Position numbers and translations under genes: made by a program. Shown here one piece after another: positions 1-11,586 of a stretch of 32,444 bases of DNA. The notes under the pieces are model-generated. The model was not told the origin of the DNA and did not search any database. It was given only the letters and a program-made list of their open reading frames with translations. How positions within the stretch are numbered: position 1 is the first letter of the stretch; every line of letters begins with the position of its first letter. The DNA comes from Candidatus Jordarchaeia archaeon (GTDB taxonomy: Archaea > Asgardarchaeota > Jordiarchaeia > Jordiarchaeales > Jordiarchaeaceae). The stretch is from assembly GCA_029856435.1 (NCBI GenBank), contig JAHQXB010000005.1:1-32444 (forward strand), read 5' to 3'.

Positions 1-246
1 TCCAAACCCGTGATGAATTATGTTTTAGCATGCATAACTCTTTTCCATAACGGAAAAAAGGAAGTGACTCTGAAGGCGCGTGGCCGCTCCATAAGCAGAG
101 CTGTAGACGTGGCGGAGATAGTGAGAAACAGATTTGTTTCAGAGGCTAAACCCAAGGACATAAAAATTGGAACTGAACCCATCACGACAGAAAACGGTTC
201 AACGATTAATGTTTCAACCATTGAGATCACACTAGGAAAAGACTAA
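1..246 (+). CDS. albA: DNA/RNA-binding chromatin protein Alba (5' end truncated by window)
   Basis: Frame is open from base 1 ([10 protein letters not shown]...); Alba signature [22 protein letters not shown] and C-terminal IEITL. Confidence 0.95.
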   Translation, partial: SKPVMNYVLACITLFHNGKKEVTLKARGRSISRAVDVAEIVRNRFVSEAKPKDIKIGTEPITTENGSTINVSTIEITLGKD

Positions 247-261
247 GTGGGTAGCTTTTTG

Positions 262-305
262 GAGTTTATACAATTTTTTCTTTAATTAATACATTTTCTT
301 TTTAA
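262..305 (+). terminator. Probable oligo-U terminator of alba
   Basis: T-rich tracts (ttttttcttt...ttttcttttt) shortly after the stop codon; typical of archaeal termination but not specific. Confidence 0.4.
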
Positions 306-482
306 CTAAAAATTCGCAGTGTTTCTCTGGGCGTAGCCCCCTCAAGTCTAATTTAACAAAAGTTTTTTAAGCAATCTCTCTTCTTATAAAAACTACACCA
401 AAATTGCTGTTTATTATCGGCGGAAAACTGCCTTAACCGGTACTTACAGCCTCATGATTACTCGTATTCGGAGACTTGAAAA

Positions 483-989
483 TTGAAGGTTCCCGTATGT
501 TCTTTTTGCCTTAAAAGTGGAGTTTACTGTTCCACATGCAGGGAAAAAATAGAACGAGGAGAGGTGACTCCCCTCGATTTAAAGGTAGCTAAGAGTCTCC
601 TAGAACTCGAAAGCAAATTTCCCAACCTCAAAGAAGCGGAGTTTAGAGGCTCCATTGAAACCAACAATTTAATCATAATAGTCGTTGGTCCAGGCGACAT
701 ATCCCACTTCATAGGTCCAAAAGGCAAAATTGTTAAAGTTTTAAGCGATGAATTAAAGAAAAAAGTTAGAGTTATAGAGGCAACTTCCTCCACCAAAAAG
801 ACCGTAGAGGATATTTTATCTCCAGTCCCAGTTTTAGGCGTGAACACAATTTGGCTTCCAGACGGCACTCTGGAGAAAAAGGTGAGAATCAAGAAATCAG
901 ATAGCAGAAGACTCCCTACAGACGTGCCCACCATCCAAAACATTGTTTACAAGTTAACCAAGGAAAAAATTAGAATAGTTTTTGAGTAG
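483..989 (+). CDS. Archaeal NusA-like KH-domain protein with N-terminal Cys4 zinc-finger motif
   Basis: TTG start; CSFC...CSTC; KH-type FIGPKGKIVKVLS..LKKKVRVIE segment. Confidence 0.8.
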   Translation: MKVPVCSFCLKSGVYCSTCREKIERGEVTPLDLKVAKSLLELESKFPNLKEAEFRGSIETNNLIIIVVGPGDISHFIGPKGKIVKVLSDELKKKVRVIEATSSTKKTVEDILSPVPVLGVNTIWLPDGTLEKKVRIKKSDSRRLPTDVPTIQNIVYKLTKEKIRIVFE

Positions 990-1072
990 TCTTTCTTGGC
1001 ACCCCCACACCACTAATAGTGGAAGCTTATCCCACTAGCAGTTTTGTAATTTTTTCTGCAGTTACTTCTCTT

Positions 1073-2383
1073 TCAGGGTGTGAGACGATCTCGGTCCCGG
1101 GGATATAAGACGCAGTCCCTTATGTTTTCAGCTCCTGTAAGAACCATAACCAGTCGATCTAATCCCAATCCCCATCCTGCATGTGGAGGCATTCCCCAAT
1201 CGTATGTTTTTAAGTGGAATGCAAAAGATTCAGGATTCAGTTTCTGCTCCTTTAACCTCTCAATAAGCATGTCCTTTTTGTGTATCCTTGTTCCTCCTGA
1301 CGCCAGCTCCAGCCACTCATACATGAGGTCAAATGATTCACATATTTCAGGCTTGTCTTTTCGGGGCATTATGTAGAAAGGCTTTCCAGCAGTGGGCCAA
1401 TCCACTATGAAGTATAGTCCCTTCAACATCTCTCCAAGTTTGCGGTAAGCCTGTGTAGAGATGTCCTCTCCCCAGTTCATTTCAATTCCCTCAGCCTGCA
1501 GCTTTTCTACAATTTCAGTATAGGTGAAGCGAGGAAAAGGAGTTTTGAGAATGGGTAATTCTCGATTTAGCGTTTTTAATTCTTTAGAACAATTTTTCTT
1601 TATGTGTTTAAACACATGGGAAATTAGTTCTTCGAGGAGGTTCATTACGTCTAGATAATTGTTAAAAGCTACCTCCACATCAACGGTATAAACCTCGCTT
1701 AGATGTCTGACTGTACGACTTAACTCGGCTCGGTAACAGGGGGCAATCTCAAAAACCTTCTCAAAAACGCTGGACATCTGCTCCTTGTAGAGCTGAGCTG
1801 ACTGGCTTAGAAAGGCCTCCTTCTCGTAGTACGAAATGGGAAAGAGGTCAGCTCCACCCTCAGAAGCGGAGGCAATAATTTTGGGGGTATTAATCTCAAT
1901 GAATCCCCTCTTAATTAGAAAGTCTCTGATGGCCTTACTTGCCTCGTGGCGAATAATAAAAATAGCCGTTTTTTCTGGTCGCCTAAGATCTAGCACCCGG
2001 TTGTCTAGCTGGGTGTCAAGATTTGCATCAACCTTCCCCGACGGATCTAAAGGAAGAGGAGAAACCGATGTGTTTAATACCTTTATTTCTTCGGGGATTA
2101 CCTCGGCTCCTTGGGGCGCCTTTTCAATCTTTCTCACCTTTCCCCGCACTAGGATAACATATTCCTTGCCCAGTTTGTCTACCTCATCAAAAACTTTTGA
2201 GTTGCTCTTGGGAACGGTGATCTGTGAACGCCCCTCTTTATCCCTCAAAATGATGAATTTTATTCCACCCAATTTTCGGATGCTTTCTACCCATCCAGCT
2301 AAAACCACCATTTTTCCATCAAGGCCTGGACCTATCTCACTGGTAAAATGGGTCTTATGAATATCCACGGAGTCATCTGACAT
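1073..2383 (-). CDS. aspS: Aspartyl-tRNA synthetase, archaeal type (probably non-discriminating)
   Basis: OB-fold N-terminus (GWV..IR.LGGIKF); motif 2 YRAE...RHLSE; motif 3 PPHAGWGLGLDR; ends YPRDRDRLTP; GGAGGT SD upstream. Confidence 0.96.
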   Translation of the reverse strand: MSDDSVDIHKTHFTSEIGPGLDGKMVVLAGWVESIRKLGGIKFIILRDKEGRSQITVPKSNSKVFDEVDKLGKEYVILVRGKVRKIEKAPQGAEVIPEEIKVLNTSVSPLPLDPSGKVDANLDTQLDNRVLDLRRPEKTAIFIIRHEASKAIRDFLIKRGFIEINTPKIIASASEGGADLFPISYYEKEAFLSQSAQLYKEQMSSVFEKVFEIAPCYRAELSRTVRHLSEVYTVDVEVAFNNYLDVMNLLEELISHVFKHIKKNCSKELKTLNRELPILKTPFPRFTYTEIVEKLQAEGIEMNWGEDISTQAYRKLGEMLKGLYFIVDWPTAGKPFYIMPRKDKPEICESFDLMYEWLELASGGTRIHKKDMLIERLKEQKLNPESFAFHLKTYDWGMPPHAGWGLGLDRLVMVLTGAENIRDCVLYPRDRDRLTP

Positions 2384-2480
2384 TATGCTTTACCTCCGAC
2401 AGATTGCTCCTTTAAATTCCTTCACGGCCTCCAATGAGAAGCAGCAATTACTAATTAACTTATTGTTCCTTGCTTTTTCA

Positions 2481-3854
2481 CTAATACTTTGTGGGTTCTG
2501 TTTTCATAAATTCTCTGAGCACCATTGTGGCATAGCTGCCCTTAGACAGCGAAAAGGAGATTGTAAGTTTAATCGCCTTCTCACTATACTCATCTTTACT
2601 TATGTCCAACACTTCCAAATCGGACACTTTTGAAAGTATTAGTCGATATCCACCTTTTGAACTTATCTCAGGTATAGATTGAAGCCTAAACATGCTAGGA
2701 TTTAAACCCTCTTCCTGTAAAATTTTTTCTACCAGCTCCCCTGGTTGAAACATAGGGAGAGTTATATCATACCCTATTAAAGGTATTGCAACGCCCAATG
2801 TTCCAGATTTAATCTGCTCGTTTATTTTTGAAATGTTTTCTTCCGTAACCAGTATATAATCTCTCGGCGAAGCACCCTGAACTGGTGCCACAATATCCCC
2901 CACCACAGCACTGTTTAGTGGAAGACCGCATTTATGCCTTAGACTAAGAATTCTATTAAACAGATAAGACTGCGCAGCATGTATAAACATCATAAGTAGA
3001 CCTCTTTGAATCCGTCTAAAGGCGCCCAGAATATCATTGGGATGTCTAGACAAATGCTTCAACATTGTCCTCTCAAAAGTTAGGCGCTTGGGAAACTTTT
3101 CCAAAGTCCCAGCAAAGTCACCAGTCTCATATAAATAATTCCGCGCCTCTTGAGCATCCATTCCTTCAAGGGGATAAGCCTTTGCTAAAAATAGCATTGC
3201 AGCCTCCCTAAACTCGTTCTTAACCAGCTTAATTCCCACAAGGTGTGACAGAGGCCTCTTAAGCCCAAATCTCTGATAACCAAAAAAGTTGGGAACCCCA
3301 CCCAACTCCTCTATCTCATCACAAGTCTGCTTAACTATCTGCTCCACCTCCGACTTTTCCAGGCCTATACCCCTAACAGTGATACGAAAGTGGTTGCCCC
3401 ATAAATCACCAAGCTTAACAGCCTCTGCACCCTTACGCACATCCCTTATGTAAAGTCCCTTAATATTCAGTTTTTTCAGTCTCTCTGGATCAACCCTCCA
3501 AACACTAACCCTTTGGGTTGTAACCGCCCTTTTATCCTTCACCCCCGCATAAGAAAACCTTTTTATTCCAACCCCTAAACTATGAGCAATTTTATCCAAA
3601 GCCTCGAAAGTATTATACAAACCATGCCTCTCAAGAGTAAAAATAGTATAATTCCCCACAGTTTCTCCTCCATTTCCATGCTCACCATCCAGTCCGCTCG
3701 TTTCAGAATTGGGGCCTTGAGCGTAAAGTATCTCCTTTTGGGGAGTTATTTCCTCCACTACAAAGTCCTCCCACCTCTTCCTAAGCTCTCCACCAATCCC
3801 CTTAGACTTTGTGGCGAAAAACTCTATTCCAATGATTTTTTCCAATTCACTCAT
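2481..3854 (-). CDS. truD: tRNA pseudouridine(13) synthase TruD
   Basis: EDFVVEE, AGVKDKRAVTTQ (catalytic Asp), GNHFRI, PNFFGYQRFG, SFSLSKGSYATMVLRE. Confidence 0.95.
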   Translation of the reverse strand: MSELEKIIGIEFFATKSKGIGGELRKRWEDFVVEEITPQKEILYAQGPNSETSGLDGEHGNGGETVGNYTIFTLERHGLYNTFEALDKIAHSLGVGIKRFSYAGVKDKRAVTTQRVSVWRVDPERLKKLNIKGLYIRDVRKGAEAVKLGDLWGNHFRITVRGIGLEKSEVEQIVKQTCDEIEELGGVPNFFGYQRFGLKRPLSHLVGIKLVKNEFREAAMLFLAKAYPLEGMDAQEARNYLYETGDFAGTLEKFPKRLTFERTMLKHLSRHPNDILGAFRRIQRGLLMMFIHAAQSYLFNRILSLRHKCGLPLNSAVVGDIVAPVQGASPRDYILVTEENISKINEQIKSGTLGVAIPLIGYDITLPMFQPGELVEKILQEEGLNPSMFRLQSIPEISSKGGYRLILSKVSDLEVLDISKDEYSEKAIKLTISFSLSKGSYATMVLREFMKTEPTKY

Positions 3855-3871
3855 AATCTCACCGAAATTTG

Positions 3872-4228
3872 CTAAAGCAAAGGCAACCCGCCCGTAATAG
3901 TGTCTACAAGAGATTCTGGCGCTGGCCCAATAGCAAGAGCAGTAACAGTGCCAGGCGGCACCTCTGTTAGGCCCCTATCAATAATTAAAGAGTGGGGAAT
4001 CTTATTCCTAACCGCTTGGTACTCATACCTTTTAAGTTCATCCAACGATTTTACTTTAACTACAACCTTCTTCTGACCCTCGTCCATCCATTTCCTCCAC
4101 CAGTCCGGATTCTTCTTTCTAGCTTCCTCTGAAGCCGAAACCGCTGCGTGCGCCACCTGTACCGCGATTTTTCCCTTACTCATTTTTAAATCAGTCCGTA
4201 CCAAAATTGCCATTTTGTACTCAAACAT
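3872..4228 (-). CDS. pth2: Peptidyl-tRNA hydrolase, Pth2 type
   Basis: VRTDLKMSKGKIAVQVAHA, GQKKVV, IDRGLTEVPPGTVTALAIGP. Confidence 0.95.
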   Translation of the reverse strand: MFEYKMAILVRTDLKMSKGKIAVQVAHAAVSASEEARKKNPDWWRKWMDEGQKKVVVKVKSLDELKRYEYQAVRNKIPHSLIIDRGLTEVPPGTVTALAIGPAPESLVDTITGGLPLL

Positions 4229-4399
4229 TCCAAAGCGACTCCTTCAACAAAGAGGATACGTGAAAGACCAGCATCAAATAGTTCCTTTAAGCTGTAATCC
4301 CGTTACCCTTCTATACCGCTAGAGTTTAAAGTATTTTCTGTAACCCTTAAAAATAATCGCACTTAAACATTTTTAACCAAAAAATGTCCACAAGGTGGG

Positions 4400-5639
4400 A
4401 TGAAAAATCTCTCCAGAACAAGACTTCGACGTCATAGTGATCGGCTGCGGCCCCTCAGGAGCAATAGCTTCCCAAAACGCTGCCAAAAAAGGCTTAAAAG
4501 TTGCAGTAATCGAGGAACACCCCCATGTAGGGCTGCCAGAGCACTGCGCGGGCCTAATCAGTACAACCGGATTCAGGCGGCTGAACATAAATGTTCCCAA
4601 AGAATGCATCTTAAACAAGGTTAAGGGCGCCACATTTTATTCCCCCCAAGGCATAGCGTTTAGCGTTTCACGCAGAAACACTCAAGCGTACGTTGTTAAC
4701 CGCCCCCTACTTGACCAATACCTAGCAGGCCTCGCCCAAAAAGAAAACGTGTCACTATTTACGGACACCAAGGTCTTAGCTGTAAAAATGGGTGAAATCA
4801 AAACCCTAAAAGTTTCACAGAAAAGAGAGCAACATTTTAAAACCAAAGTCATAATCGACGCTGAGGGAGTGAGAGGAAAATTTGTTCGAGAAATGGGGCT
4901 AGCCCCCGTATCCAGAGGAATAATACCGGGAGTTCAAATTGAAGTGAAAAACGCTCAGGTAAACCCAGAAGAGGTGGAAATATTCCTCGGAAACAAGGTG
5001 GCACCAGGATTCTTTGCCTGGATAATCCCCACAGGTGAGAACACTGCAAGAGTGGGGCTTGGCGCCCATCACCACGCCCTAAAATATCTAGAAGAATTCA
5101 TTAAAAACCACCCCATAGCCTCCAAAAGGCTCTCAAACGCGGTTCCAGTTAAAAAATTCGGCGGCAGCATAATCCTAGGCGGCCCCATCCCAAAGACCTA
5201 CACCCACGGATTTCTAGTCGTAGGAGACGCAGCCGGACAGGTAAAACCAACAACAGGAGGAGGGGTGATTATGGGCGGATTATGCGCACAGATTGCAGGT
5301 AAAGTCGCCGCTGAAGCGGTCACCGAAAAAAACGTAAGTGGAGGGAGACTCTCCGCGTATCAGAAAAAGTGGAAAAAACTGCTCTCCAGAGAGTTCAACT
5401 CTATGCTCTTGGCCAGAAAAATTCTAAACAGAATGGATGATAGAACCCTGAACAGACTTTTTGAAACCCTTACCAAAAGGGAGTTCTACAGAGTCATAGA
5501 AGAAGTGGGAGACATGGACTTCGAGTCAGAAGTGATTAGGAAAATACTCCTAAAACCCACACTCTCCATCAGCATCCTCCTAAACTTCCTGGCCTCATTC
5601 ATACCAATAAAAGAAGACAAAAAGAAAAATGTACAATAA
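4400..5639 (+). CDS. Geranylgeranyl reductase family FAD-dependent oxidoreductase (start anomalous, see findings)
   Basis: FDVIVIGCGPSG Rossmann motif begins upstream of the called GTG at 4437; HCAGLIS, IIDAEG, PGFFAWIIP, VVGDAAGQVKPTTGGG. Confidence 0.88.
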
Positions 5640-5743
5640 CCAAGCTTGAATAAATATTTTAAGTAGAGACAACATATATTTAAAAACCCTCAAGGTCTAA
5701 GTGGGAACAACAAACAAACTTGAAGACAGGAGGATAACTAACT

Positions 5744-5920
5744 ATGTCTGAAATCAAACCGCAACTGTGCACAAGCTGTGGCAAAGTAGTGTCACCCGAA
5801 AAGGGAGCAGTAAGGTTCCCCTGCCCCAACTGCGGCAAATACACTATCTGGCGCTGTGAAAGGTGCAGATTATTCTCAAACGCTTTTAAGTGCCCCCTAT
5901 GTAATTTTGAAGGACCATAA
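5744..5920 (+). CDS. Small Zn-ribbon protein, DUF1610/HVO_2753-like (58 aa, absent from ORF track)
   Basis: MSEIKPQLCTSCGKVVSPEKGAVRFPCPNCGKYTIWRCERCRLFSNAFKCPLCNFEGP: four CxxC motifs and GP end; AGGAGG SD; conserved archaeal position directly before EF-1beta. Confidence 0.93.
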   Translation: MSEIKPQLCTSCGKVVSPEKGAVRFPCPNCGKYTIWRCERCRLFSNAFKCPLCNFEGP

Positions 5921-5942
5921 AAAAAGGAAAGAGGTGCAACAT

Positions 5943-6209
5943 TTGGCAAAAGTCGTAGCCACCATAAAAATATTCCCAGAATCAACCGAAGTAAACTTGG
6001 AAAAACTAAAGGAAAAAATAGAAAAAAACCTCCCCCAAGGAGCCAACATACACAGCTCAACAGAAGTTCCAATCGCATTCGGACTAAAAGCCCTTAGACT
6101 AAACATAGTACTGCCAGAAGCTGAGGGGGGAACAGACCACGTTGAAAAAGCAATATCAGAAACAGAAGGGGTCAGCCAAATCGAAGTCGAAATGGTAAGA
6201 AGAATATAA
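5943..6209 (+). CDS. ef1b: Translation elongation factor aEF-1beta
   Basis: GAGGTG SD 6 nt before TTG at 5943; KIFPESTEVNLE, PIAFGLKAL, EGGTD, VSQIEV. Confidence 0.94.
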   Translation: MAKVVATIKIFPESTEVNLEKLKEKIEKNLPQGANIHSSTEVPIAFGLKALRLNIVLPEAEGGTDHVEKAISETEGVSQIEVEMVRRI

Positions 6210-6400
6210 AGTAAACACAAAATAAAAACCAAAAAAACCACCAAAAACGCCACCCCAAAAACCAAAACAACTAACCAAAAATAACCTTCAACCTATTTTT
6301 ACCCCCAATAAAAACCACGACCCAAAAGAAACCACCACACATACTCAAAACCAGACCACATAAACCAGAAAAACAGCCAATACTAGTGCAACCAAGACAA
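6210..6400 (+). repeat. A/C-rich low-complexity intergenic tract
   Basis: Runs such as aaaaaccaaaaaaaccaccaaaaac with very few G or T; no regular repeat unit. Confidence 0.7.
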
Positions 6401-6498
6401 TGTTTTTAAATCTAACAAAAACAAATGTAATGAGTAGAGAACACCTCTTTACAATCGAAGCCAAAAGACCCTCCAAAAAATTTGAAGTTGGTGTCAAA

Positions 6499-8679
<2,181 letters not shown>

Positions 8680-8847
8680 CCACCCCAGCATTTTTTAAAG
8701 GGTTGATTCCCAAATTTTTATTTGTTTTATGGGTATCTTCCTCGTTTTTCATCAAAACTTTTATTTTGTAGAATTTTAATTTAGGTTAGGGAGAATATTT
8801 TTTAGGTTTTCTTGTGGAACTTTGTTGTATTAGTTTTGGGTGGTTTT

Positions 8848-9615
8848 ATGGGTAGGCTTAAGTTTATTGATTTGAGTGTTCCTATTGAGGCTGTTCCGAG
8901 TGAGTTTGTTTTGCCTGAGATTGTACATGAGGATCATAGGAAGGGTGCGGAGGTGATGAAGTTGGTTTTTGGTGCGAGGGACTCGGATTTGCCTGAGGGT
9001 TTGGGTTGGGCTAATGACACTATTAAGTTGCAGACTCATACAGGCACCCACCTTGATGCTCCGTGGCACTATTTTCCAACGTCTGAGGGTAAAAAGTCCA
9101 AGACCATTGATGAGATTCCCTTAGAGTGGTGTTTCAGTGATGGTGTAGTGTTGGACATGAGGCATAAGCCCAACGGTTCCGTCATAACTGTTGAGGACAT
9201 TAAAAATGCGTTGAAGAGGATTAACTATGAGATTAAGCCTCTGGATATTGTGCTCATTATGACGGGGGTTGACAAGTACTGGGGCACCCCAGAATACCTT
9301 AATCGAGGCTGCGGTATGGGCAGAGAATCAACAATTTGGCTCTGCGACAAAGGCGTCAAAGTAATGGGCATCGACAGTTGGGGTTTTGATGCTCCCTTCG
9401 TGTCTATTAGGGAGAGGTTTGAGAGGACTAGGGATGGGAGTGTGATATGGGAGGCGCATTTTGCAGGTAGAGATAGGGAGTATTGTCATATTGAGAAGCT
9501 TGCAAATTTGGATAAGATTCCTAGGCCATTTGGGTTTAAGGTGGCTTGTTTTCCGATAAAGATTACTGGTGCCTCGGCTGGTTGGTGTCGTCCTGTGGCG
9601 ATTGTGGAGGAGTGA
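8848..9615 (+). CDS. Cyclase-family metal-dependent hydrolase (kynurenine formamidase-like)
   Basis: IDLSVPI, HTGTHLDAPWH, GIDSWG, HIEKLANL, FPIKI.G.SAGWCRPVA; ATG 8848 after GGTGG. Confidence 0.9.
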   Translation: MGRLKFIDLSVPIEAVPSEFVLPEIVHEDHRKGAEVMKLVFGARDSDLPEGLGWANDTIKLQTHTGTHLDAPWHYFPTSEGKKSKTIDEIPLEWCFSDGVVLDMRHKPNGSVITVEDIKNALKRINYEIKPLDIVLIMTGVDKYWGTPEYLNRGCGMGRESTIWLCDKGVKVMGIDSWGFDAPFVSIRERFERTRDGSVIWEAHFAGRDREYCHIEKLANLDKIPRPFGFKVACFPIKITGASAGWCRPVAIVEE

Positions 9616-9619
9616 TTTG

Positions 9620-10060
9620 AAGTCTTCCAAATTCTTCCCCCAATTTTTTTGTGTGATGGGTGCTGCTGAGCGTTATGTTTTTGTGTATGTTTGGTTTTGA
9701 TCAACCGCCATTTTCTATTTTGATAAGTGCTTGCTTTTGTTGGGTTTTTAGTTTAGTTTTAGATTGTGTTAGGACGGTAACACTTGTAGCTGGGTACTTT
9801 GCTTGGTTTTTTGGATTCTTAATTTTGGATTGTGTGGTGGGGGGTTAGTTGCGGGTTTTTGTGTTGATTTTTTGAGATTTCGGCGGAATGTGGGAGATGG
9901 GACTATGTAGGTTGTGTGTCTCTTGTTTCTGAGGTTTCCTTGTGGGGCTGGGTAGGGCTGTGTTATTTTAGGGTTGTTTGTAGAAAGGTTTTAATGGGGT
10001 GGATGTTTTATTTAAGTTTGTATTTTTTGGTTGCTTGTTGAATGTGTTGATGGTTTTCAG
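9620..10060 (+). repeat. T/G-rich low-complexity intergenic tract
   Basis: Strongly depleted in A and C; compositional mirror of 6210-6400; no credible ORF. Confidence 0.65.
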
Positions 10061-10071
10061 GAGGATTTCTT

Positions 10072-10335
10072 TTGGGTAACGGTCTGTGGAAAAGTATTCC
10101 TTTGAAGAATATGATCATTGCTATTTTGAATAAGCGTCAGGGAATAATTTTGGATGATGAGCTGATGGCTATTCTGGAGAAGGAGAATATGCCGGTTTCT
10201 GATACGGAGCTTAATGATGTTTTGATGTCTCTTGAGATTGAGGGGATAGTTCATGTTTCCAGAATAACGAAGACCAGAAGAAGAGTGGAGTTAATTAAGC
10301 CTGGACAAGAGTTTCTGGCAATTGGAGAGGACTAA
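10072..10335 (+). CDS. Small hypothetical protein, probable winged-helix fold
   Basis: AGGAGG SD 7 nt before TTG; helical pattern ELNDVLMSLEIEGIVHV followed by a basic wing-like ITKTRRRVELI. Confidence 0.75.
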   Translation: MGNGLWKSIPLKNMIIAILNKRQGIILDDELMAILEKENMPVSDTELNDVLMSLEIEGIVHVSRITKTRRRVELIKPGQEFLAIGED

Positions 10336-10543
10336 TAAACGGTTTCGGGATAAGTTCATCTCAGACATTCAGCCCGTGAAAATCATTCTGACTCCTCTGC
10401 CTACATTTCTGAGGGGCTAATTAAACTATAGGAGTTTTTGTGTGACGCCCTTTTTTGATGAAAAAGGATAAGTATGTAGTGTTCTAGTATTATTTTTCAA
10501 AGGGTTTATTTTTGTTTAGTGAATTAGGTTTGGGTGTTTGGTT

Positions 10544-11572
10544 ATGGGAGTGAATCTTAGGGATTTGTTGTCTTTTCGGCAGATAGATTTGAAGGATCTT
10601 TCGGGGCGGGTGATTGCCATTGATGCTATGAATGCTCTTTACCAGTTTCTGGCGATAATTAGGCAGCCTGATGGCACCAGTCTCATGGATAGTAGGGGTA
10701 ACATCACTTCTCACTTGAGCGGTATTTTTTATAGGACGATTAACTTGTTGGAGGCGGGGATTAAGCCGGTTTACGTGTTTGATGGCGAACCTCCGGAACT
10801 CAAGTTGGAAACTGTGGAGGAGAGGGGGAAAATCAGGAGAGAGGCGGCCAAGAGGTGGGAGGAAGCTCTTGAAAGGGGGGACTTGGAGGAGGCGAGAAAG
10901 TTTGCTCAAGCCTCATCAAAGTTAACAGACGAGATGGTTGAGGAGAGCAAGAGGCTGTTGGAGGCTATGGGTATACCATACGTGCAGGCTCCTTCGGAGG
11001 GGGAGGCTCAGGCGTCCTACATGGCGCGTCGGGGAGACGCTTGGGGGGTTGCTAGCCAGGACTATGATTCTCTACTTTATGATTCTCCCCGCTTGGTGCG
11101 AAATCTCACCATTTCTGGGAGGAGGAAATTGCCTAAGAGAGATGTCTATGTTAGGGTGGAGCCGGAACTTGTTTTGCTTGATGAGAACCTGGAGAGTCTC
11201 GGCATCACCCGCGAACAGCTGATAGGTATAGGAATCTTGCTTGGCACAGACTATAATGAGGGGGTTAAGGGGATAGGTGTAAAAACTGCACTAAAACTGA
11301 TAAAAGAGAAGGGAAGCATAGAGAGGGTGGTGGAGGAAGAAAAACTGGAGATTTTTCCGCCAGTGGAAGAAATCAAAAAGTTGTTCCTTAAGCCCCAATT
11401 AACTGACAACTACAAGATAAAGTGGGAACCCATAGATAGAAACCAGGTTTATTCCATACTTTGTGACGAACACGACTTCTCCAGAGACAGGGTGCAAAAG
11501 GCGCTGGAGCGCGTAAGGGAAGAGGAAAAGGTTAGAGCTCAATCCCGCCTTGAACAGTTCTTCAAACCGTAA
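10544..11572 (+). CDS. fen: Flap endonuclease 1
   Basis: MGVNL start, AIDAMNALYQFL, VYVFDG, QAPSEGEAQA, SQDYDSLL, GTDYN; C-terminal PIP box QSRLEQFF. Confidence 0.97.
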   Translation: MGVNLRDLLSFRQIDLKDLSGRVIAIDAMNALYQFLAIIRQPDGTSLMDSRGNITSHLSGIFYRTINLLEAGIKPVYVFDGEPPELKLETVEERGKIRREAAKRWEEALERGDLEEARKFAQASSKLTDEMVEESKRLLEAMGIPYVQAPSEGEAQASYMARRGDAWGVASQDYDSLLYDSPRLVRNLTISGRRKLPKRDVYVRVEPELVLLDENLESLGITREQLIGIGILLGTDYNEGVKGIGVKTALKLIKEKGSIERVVEEEKLEIFPPVEEIKKLFLKPQLTDNYKIKWEPIDRNQVYSILCDEHDFSRDRVQKALERVREEEKVRAQSRLEQFFKP

Positions 11573-11586
11573 CCACATCACAAAAA

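Noticed and set aside
9660-9848. 62-aa hydrophobic ORF in the T/G tract
   Set aside because: Its composition is dictated by low-complexity T/G sequence; no convincing SD or motif.
10336-10480. Possible C/D-box sRNA between the wHTH gene and fen1
   Set aside because: Only degenerate C-like boxes and scattered CTGA are present, with no consistent C-D'-C'-D spacing.
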